From the NCBI GenBank assembly GCA_963758295.1, contig CAVWUU010000002.1, forward strand, positions 1-64,000: a DNA stretch of 64,000 nucleotides. The letters run 5' to 3'. Below, in pieces: positions 59,901 to 64,000 of the stretch (positions are counted from its first letter, which is position 1; each line of letters starts with the position of its first letter). The notes under the pieces were generated by a model. It did not search any database and was not told the DNA's origin. It saw only the letters and a program-made list of their open reading frames with translations. A program made the translations under genes and the position numbers. This DNA comes from Candidatus Eremiobacteria bacterium. Its GTDB lineage: Bacteria; Vulcanimicrobiota; Vulcanimicrobiia; Vulcanimicrobiales; Vulcanimicrobiaceae.

Positions 59901-62900
59901 ACAAGCCGGCCGCACCAGGCACAGCGGCCTGGCCGCCGAGTTTTCCTTCGAAACCGACTTCGCGCGCAACCGTCGTAACCTGATCGGCGAACGTTGCGAG
60001 CGTGTCGATCATCCCGTTGATCGTCTCGGCGAGCTGGGCGATTTCACCGCGCGCCTGCAGCGTGAGCTTACGCTTCAGGTCGCCGTTTGCCACGCCGGTA
60101 ACGACTTCAGCAATACCGCGGACTTGGTTCGTCAAGTTGGCGGCCATCGAGTTGACGTTATCCGTCAAATCTTTCCAAACGCCGCTGACGCCCTGCACGT
60201 GCGCTTGTCCACCGAGCACGCCTTCTGAACCGACTTCACGAGCGACGCGCGTCACTTCCGATGCGAAGGCGTTGAGCTGGTCGACCATGACGTTGATCGT
60301 GTCTTTCAGCTCGGCGATTTCACCGCGAACGTCGACGGTAATCTTCTTCGACAGGTCGCCGTTTGCGACGGCGGTCGTAACCTTCGCAATGTTACGAACT
60401 TGCGACGTAAGGTTCGACGCCATGAAGTTCACGGAGTCGGTCAAGTCTTTCCACGTACCGGAAACACCGCGAACCTGCGCCTGACCGCCCAGAATACCTT
60501 CGGAGCCGACTTCACGCGCGACGCGCGTAACTTCGGAGGCGAAGGCGTTCAGCTGATCGACCATCGTGTTGACGGTGTTCTTCAGCTCGGCGATTTCACC
60601 GCGAACGTCGACGGTGATCTTCTTCGACAAGTCGCCGTTTGCAACGGCGGTCGTGACCGAAGCAATGTTACGCACCTGAGACGTCAGGTTCGACGCCATG
60701 AAGTTCACGGAGTCGGTCAAGTCTTTCCACGTACCGGAAACACCGCGGACCTCGGCCTGACCGCCGAGTTTGCCTTCGGAACCGACTTCACGGGCGACAC
60801 GCGTAACTTCTGAAGCGAACGCGTTGAGCTGGTCGACCATGACGTTGATGGTGTTCTTCAACTCGAGAATTTCGCCGCGAACGTCGACGGTGATCTTCTT
60901 CGACAAGTCGCCGTTTGCGACGGCCGTCGTGACCGACGCGATGTTACGAACTTGCGACGTCAGGTTCGACGCCATGAAGTTCACGGAGTCGGTCAAGTCT
61001 TTCCACGTGCCGCTCACGCCTTTGACGTCGGCCTGGCCGCCGAGTTTGCCTTCGGAACCGACTTCACGAGCGACGCGCGTGACTTCGGATGCGAACGCGT
61101 TCAACTGGTCGACCATGACGTTGATCGTGTTCTTGAGTTCGAGGATTTCGCCGCGAACCGGAACGGTAATCTTCTTCGACAAGTCGCCGTTGGCAACCGC
61201 AGTCGTCACTTCGGCGATGTTACGAACCTGCGACGTGAGGTTCGACGCCATGAAGTTCACGGAGTCCGTCAAGTCTTTCCACGTACCGCTGACGCCGGCA
61301 ACCTGCGCCTGGCCGCCGAGGATCCCTTCGGAACCGACTTCACGGGCGACGCGCGTGACTTCCGAAGCGAAGCCGTTGAGCTGATCGACCATGACGTTGA
61401 TCGTGTCTTTCAGCTCGGCGATTTCGCCGCGAACGTCGACGGTAATCTTCTTCGACAAGTCGCCGTTGGCAACGGCAGTCGTCACTTCGGCGATGTTACG
61501 AACCTGCGACGTGAGGTTCGACGCCATGATGTTGACCGAGTCCGTGAGATCTTTCCACGTCCCCGATACACCGCGAACGTCGGCCTGGCCGCCGAGCATG
61601 CCTTCCGATCCGACTTCGCGAGCGACGCGCGTGACTTCGGATGCGAAGGCGTTCAGCTGGTCGACCATCGTGTTGATCGTGCGTTTGAGGTCGAGAATTT
61701 CGCCTTTAACGTCGACCGTGATCTTCTTCGACAAGTCGCCGTTCGCAACGGCCGTCGTAACGTCGGCGATGTTACGAACCTGCGCGGTGAGGTTCGAAGC
61801 CATCGTGTTGACGGAGTCCGTCAAATCTTTCCACGTACCGGCGACACCTTGCACCTCGGCTTGTCCGCCGAGCTTGCCTTCCGAGCCCACTTCGCGAGCG
61901 ACGCGCGTGACTTCCGACGCGAAGCCGTTCAACTGGTCGACCATCGTGTTGACGGTGTTTTTCAGTTCGAGAATTTCGCCCTTAACGTCGACCGTGATCT
62001 TCTTCGACAAGTCGCCGCGAGCAACGGCCGTCGTGACTTCGGCGATGTTACGAACCTGCGACGTCAGGTTACCGGCCATGGTGTTCACCGAGTCGGTGAG
62101 ATCTTTCCACGTACCGGCGACGCCTTCGACGGCCGCCTGACCGCCGAGTTTTCCTTCGGAGCCGACTTCGCGAGCGACGCGCGTAACTTCCGACGCGAAC
62201 GCGTTCAGCTGGTCGACCATGACGTTGATGGTGTCTTTGAGCTCGGCGATTTCGCCGCGAACGTCGACGGTGATCTTCTTCGACAAGTCGCCGCGAGCAA
62301 CGGCCGTAGTAACGTCGGCGATGTTACGAACCTGCGCCGTAAGGTTACCGGCCATCGTGTTCACCGAGTCGGTGAGATCTTTCCACGTTCCGGCGACGCC
62401 CGTGACCTGCGCCTGGCCGCCGAGGATACCTTCGGAACCCACTTCGCGAGCAACGCGCGTAACTTCGGATGCGAAGGCGTTTAGCTGGTCGACCATCGTG
62501 TTGATGGTGCCTTTGAGCTGGCGAATTTCGCCGCGCGCTTCGACCGTAATTTTCTTTGAAAGATCGCCGTTGGCGACGGCGGTCGTCACTTCAGCGATGT
62601 TACGAACCTGCGCCGTCAGGTTACCGGCCATCGTGTTCACCGAGTCGGTGAGGTCTTTCCACGTACCGGCCACGCCCTTCACGAGCGCCTGTCCGCCGAG
62701 CTTTCCTTCGGAACCGACTTCGCGCGCGACGCGCGTCACTTCGGACGCGAAGCCGTTCAACCGATCGACCATTGTGTTGATCGTGCGGCTCGACTTTAAA
62801 AACTCGCCTTTGAGCGGATGATTCTCGGTCTCCAGCGGCATTCGTTGACTCAAGTCACCATTGGCGACCGCGCCGAGCACACGGCCAGCTTCCGACATCG

Positions 62901-63234
62901 GGAAAACGAGATCGTCGACCAGTTGGTTGACCGACTCGATGCAACCGCGCCACGCACCCTTCGCGCCTTCCGAACCCGCGCGCTTGCCGATTTGGCCTTC
63001 GCGCCCAACCACCTCACTGATACGTCCGAGCTCTTGATGCAGTTCTTGACCGTGTCCGATACAATCGTTGAATGCCTGTGCGATCTCACCGTCGATTCCG
63101 GTGAGATTTCCGGGCAAGCGCACGCTAAAATCACCGTCGCGCGCGGCTCGCAAAGCAGCAAGCAGAGCCGTCATTCTAAGACGGCCCGGCTCCGAATCGT
63201 GCGGTTCGGTGGGCTCAATAGTGACTGTCGACAT
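56971..63234 (-). CDS. Soluble poly-HAMP hybrid histidine kinase (HAMP repeats, GAF, HisKA, HATPase, 3 receiver domains)
   Basis: ~12 tandem 92-aa units '[51 protein letters not shown]'; '[15 protein letters not shown]'; N/G1/F/G2 boxes; three REC domains. Confidence 0.95.
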   Translation of the reverse strand: MSTVTIEPTEPHDSEPGRLRMTALLAALRAARDGDFSVRLPGNLTGIDGEIAQAFNDCIGHGQELHQELGRISEVVGREGQIGKRAGSEGAKGAWRGCIESVNQLVDDLVFPMSEAGRVLGAVANGDLSQRMPLETENHPLKGEFLKSSRTINTMVDRLNGFASEVTRVAREVGSEGKLGGQALVKGVAGTWKDLTDSVNTMAGNLTAQVRNIAEVTTAVANGDLSKKITVEARGEIRQLKGTINTMVDQLNAFASEVTRVAREVGSEGILGGQAQVTGVAGTWKDLTDSVNTMAGNLTAQVRNIADVTTAVARGDLSKKITVDVRGEIAELKDTINVMVDQLNAFASEVTRVAREVGSEGKLGGQAAVEGVAGTWKDLTDSVNTMAGNLTSQVRNIAEVTTAVARGDLSKKITVDVKGEILELKNTVNTMVDQLNGFASEVTRVAREVGSEGKLGGQAEVQGVAGTWKDLTDSVNTMASNLTAQVRNIADVTTAVANGDLSKKITVDVKGEILDLKRTINTMVDQLNAFASEVTRVAREVGSEGMLGGQADVRGVSGTWKDLTDSVNIMASNLTSQVRNIAEVTTAVANGDLSKKITVDVRGEIAELKDTINVMVDQLNGFASEVTRVAREVGSEGILGGQAQVAGVSGTWKDLTDSVNFMASNLTSQVRNIAEVTTAVANGDLSKKITVPVRGEILELKNTINVMVDQLNAFASEVTRVAREVGSEGKLGGQADVKGVSGTWKDLTDSVNFMASNLTSQVRNIASVTTAVANGDLSKKITVDVRGEILELKNTINVMVDQLNAFASEVTRVAREVGSEGKLGGQAEVRGVSGTWKDLTDSVNFMASNLTSQVRNIASVTTAVANGDLSKKITVDVRGEIAELKNTVNTMVDQLNAFASEVTRVAREVGSEGILGGQAQVRGVSGTWKDLTDSVNFMASNLTSQVRNIAKVTTAVANGDLSKKITVDVRGEIAELKDTINVMVDQLNAFASEVTRVAREVGSEGVLGGQAHVQGVSGVWKDLTDNVNSMAANLTNQVRGIAEVVTGVANGDLKRKLTLQARGEIAQLAETINGMIDTLATFADQVTTVAREVGFEGKLGGQAAVPGAAGLWRDLTDNVNQLAAQLTNQIRAISEVSTAVTKGDLSRTIDIEARGEVGELTRNVNEMIQNLRDTTRKNTEQDWFKSNLARFTSMLQGQRDITAVTQLIMSELVPLVNAQAGGFYMTDVTDGEASLRLIASYALPRHRRLNRAVPFGEGLVGQCAVEKARIALTEVPSDYLKIGSGLGSMNAVSVVVLPVLFEGEIKAVIELASLERFSEIHLLFLDQLMQSIGVMLNTISASMRTEELLKQSQSLTTELQSQQLELKQTNDELEEKARLLQERNAEVERRTREIEEARTELEKKAEQLSLTSKYKSQFLANMSHELRTPLNSLLILSKQLAENQEGNMTGKQIEFAQTIRSAGTDLLTLINDILDLSKIESGTTAIDLLDVSIDSIEREVKRTFSQIAADKNLKFVVARDGDVPNSIVTDPTRLQQVLKNLLSNAFKFTTEGAITLHISMTNDRTLPVPGPAVSFAVTDTGIGIPSDKFNVIFEAFQQADMGTSRKFGGTGLGLAISREIAGLLGGEIGVESAVGVGSTFTLFHPAQRAATAQRAEVTVVHEARPQTGAHVHEVVERLEHRVTRAVTEADDRETITPDQRTLLVVEDDPTFAKLLLTFARERGFKGIVAHNGREALELANRYVPDAITLDVGLPDMDGWQLLDSLKRTSATSHIPVHVISGDEHQQRAIAAGAVAHLQKPVSEEALMDTFDRLLGFAENRGKNVLVVEDDLTQLNAMVNLIGTGEMSVKAVGSAEAALSALAAQTFDCVVVDLGLPDMAGDSFIEEMRSRPGSSNVPVIVYTGRDLTRDEEARLRRLSSTIIVKDGHAPERLLDELNFFLHRVEADLGSAKKAPSGGDPSLVSLHSKRVLIVDDDSRNIFALEAALRSYGMDVVSAESGLQGITTLRTRGDIDVVLMDIMMPEMDGFETIRRIRAEERISNIPIIALTAKAMKGDRDACIAAGASEYVSKPVDIDQLTSLLKIWLNK
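59700..62990 (-). repeat. Intragenic 276-bp tandem repeats encoding the HAMP units
   Basis: TCTTTCCACGT-like motif recurs every 276 bp (e.g. ~60446, 60722, 60998, 61274). Confidence 0.9.
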
Positions 63235-63427
63235 CCTGCGCAGGTGCCTCCAACGATTCAATTAGACGGACAAAGCCGAGGCTGTGGTCAGAAGACTCAC
63301 CCTCGGTCAGCATGCACGGTTTTACCCTAATGTCTCGTGAAATGAAACAGGCAAGCGGGAAAAAGCTTACGTTTGAACTTGCAAGCAGCCAGGGCATACT
63401 GCCTGTAGCGTTCCCGCGAGGTTTTAT

Positions 63428-64000
63428 TTGCTGAGCGATTTGCCAGGCGAGCTGTTTGCAGGCCTTGGCGCGTTTCCGGCTGAGGAAGCGCCGGTCCAAA
63501 CAGAAGGTGGCTACTCTCAATCGATTGCGGCGCAGATTAGCCGTCTGTGCACCGACGCTTTTGCCGACTTTTGTGCGGTGTATTTGCGCGCGTCGGGACC
63601 CGAGCCGGTTGCCTTCGACGCGCGTACTGAGGGACTGCGCTCGGCGCTCGGCCGCCTTCCGTTCGATGATGTGTTTGAGGCCGCCGCGCACGCTGCCGGC
63701 ATCAGCACCGTCGTTTACGAACCGCTGGCCGTCAACGACCGCCGGATCGGCACGATCGTCACGGGCATGTCGGACGAAAAAGGGTTGGGCGCTGAAGGGC
63801 GTCGCAGCTTCTCGGTCGTTTCTTCGGTGCTCTCGATGGCCGTCGAGCAAGCTCAGCAGCTGGAGCACCACTACCGGGTTTCCAAACGGCTGCAGCGCGC
63901 AATGCTTCCGGCCCAGCTTGCGATTGTCGAAGGCGCCCGGTTCGACGCGGCATACCGGCCGGCAAGTGACGAAGCCGATGTCGGGGGCGACTGGTACGAC
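63428..64000 (+). CDS. GAF + SpoIIE (PP2C) phosphatase, 3'-truncated by the window edge; absent from the ORF track
   Basis: TTG start after GAGG. Frame reads ...FADFCAVYL...EPLAVNDRRIGTI...SKRLQRAMLP...FDAAYRPASDEADVGGDWYD. Confidence 0.9.
   Translation, partial: MLSDLPGELFAGLGAFPAEEAPVQTEGGYSQSIAAQISRLCTDAFADFCAVYLRASGPEPVAFDARTEGLRSALGRLPFDDVFEAAAHAAGISTVVYEPLAVNDRRIGTIVTGMSDEKGLGAEGRRSFSVVSSVLSMAVEQAQQLEHHYRVSKRLQRAMLPAQLAIVEGARFDAAYRPASDEADVGGDWYD

Noticed and set aside
57299..62821. Long plus-strand ORFs (e.g. 58045-60228, 60952-62484) opposite the HAMP kinase
   Set aside because: Antisense shadows caused by GC-rich codon bias and the repeats.
1..64000. rRNA, tRNA, IS transposase, integrase or prophage genes
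   Set aside because: None recognised by inspection of the sequence or the ORF translations. A tRNAscan/Infernal/HMM run would be needed to exclude them formally.

Overview
GC-rich bacterial chromosomal window. Diderm envelope genes (TonB-dependent receptors, an LptD-like barrel) sit beside Terrabacteria-type housekeeping genes (mfd-prsA-mazG-S4, whiA-gap-pgk-tpiA-gpmI). This mix suggests a Candidatus Eremiobacterota/Vulcanimicrobiota-like organism, which is inference only. Layout: 1-25 kb is a surface-glycosylation region (GT2/GT4/GT9, large GT-C-like membrane proteins, murJ, priming transferase, O-antigen-ligase-like gene) interleaved with deoB and pdp. 25-41.5 kb is housekeeping, interrupted by two oppositely oriented ~92-bp CGTC-type REP arrays. 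41.8-48.5 kb holds two TonB-dependent receptors and a PMT-like gene. 49-55.4 kb is a flagellar mini-cluster (flgF, flgG, FlgJ-like, FliA-like) split by accessory genes. 56-64 kb holds a poly-HAMP hybrid kinase, a degenerate CheR and a GAF-SpoIIE phosphatase. Main finding: downstream of flgG are at least three extra copies of its last 20 codons. One copy is protein-identical but recoded at 15 synonymous sites. Each copy is joined to a shared ~70-bp non-flgG arm, and the copies alternate with unrelated cargo genes. This looks like a tandem gene-cassette array built by repeated integration into the flgG 3' end, with no integrase in the window. About a dozen apparent frameshifts suggest indel-type assembly errors. 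No rRNA, tRNA or CRISPR array was recognised.
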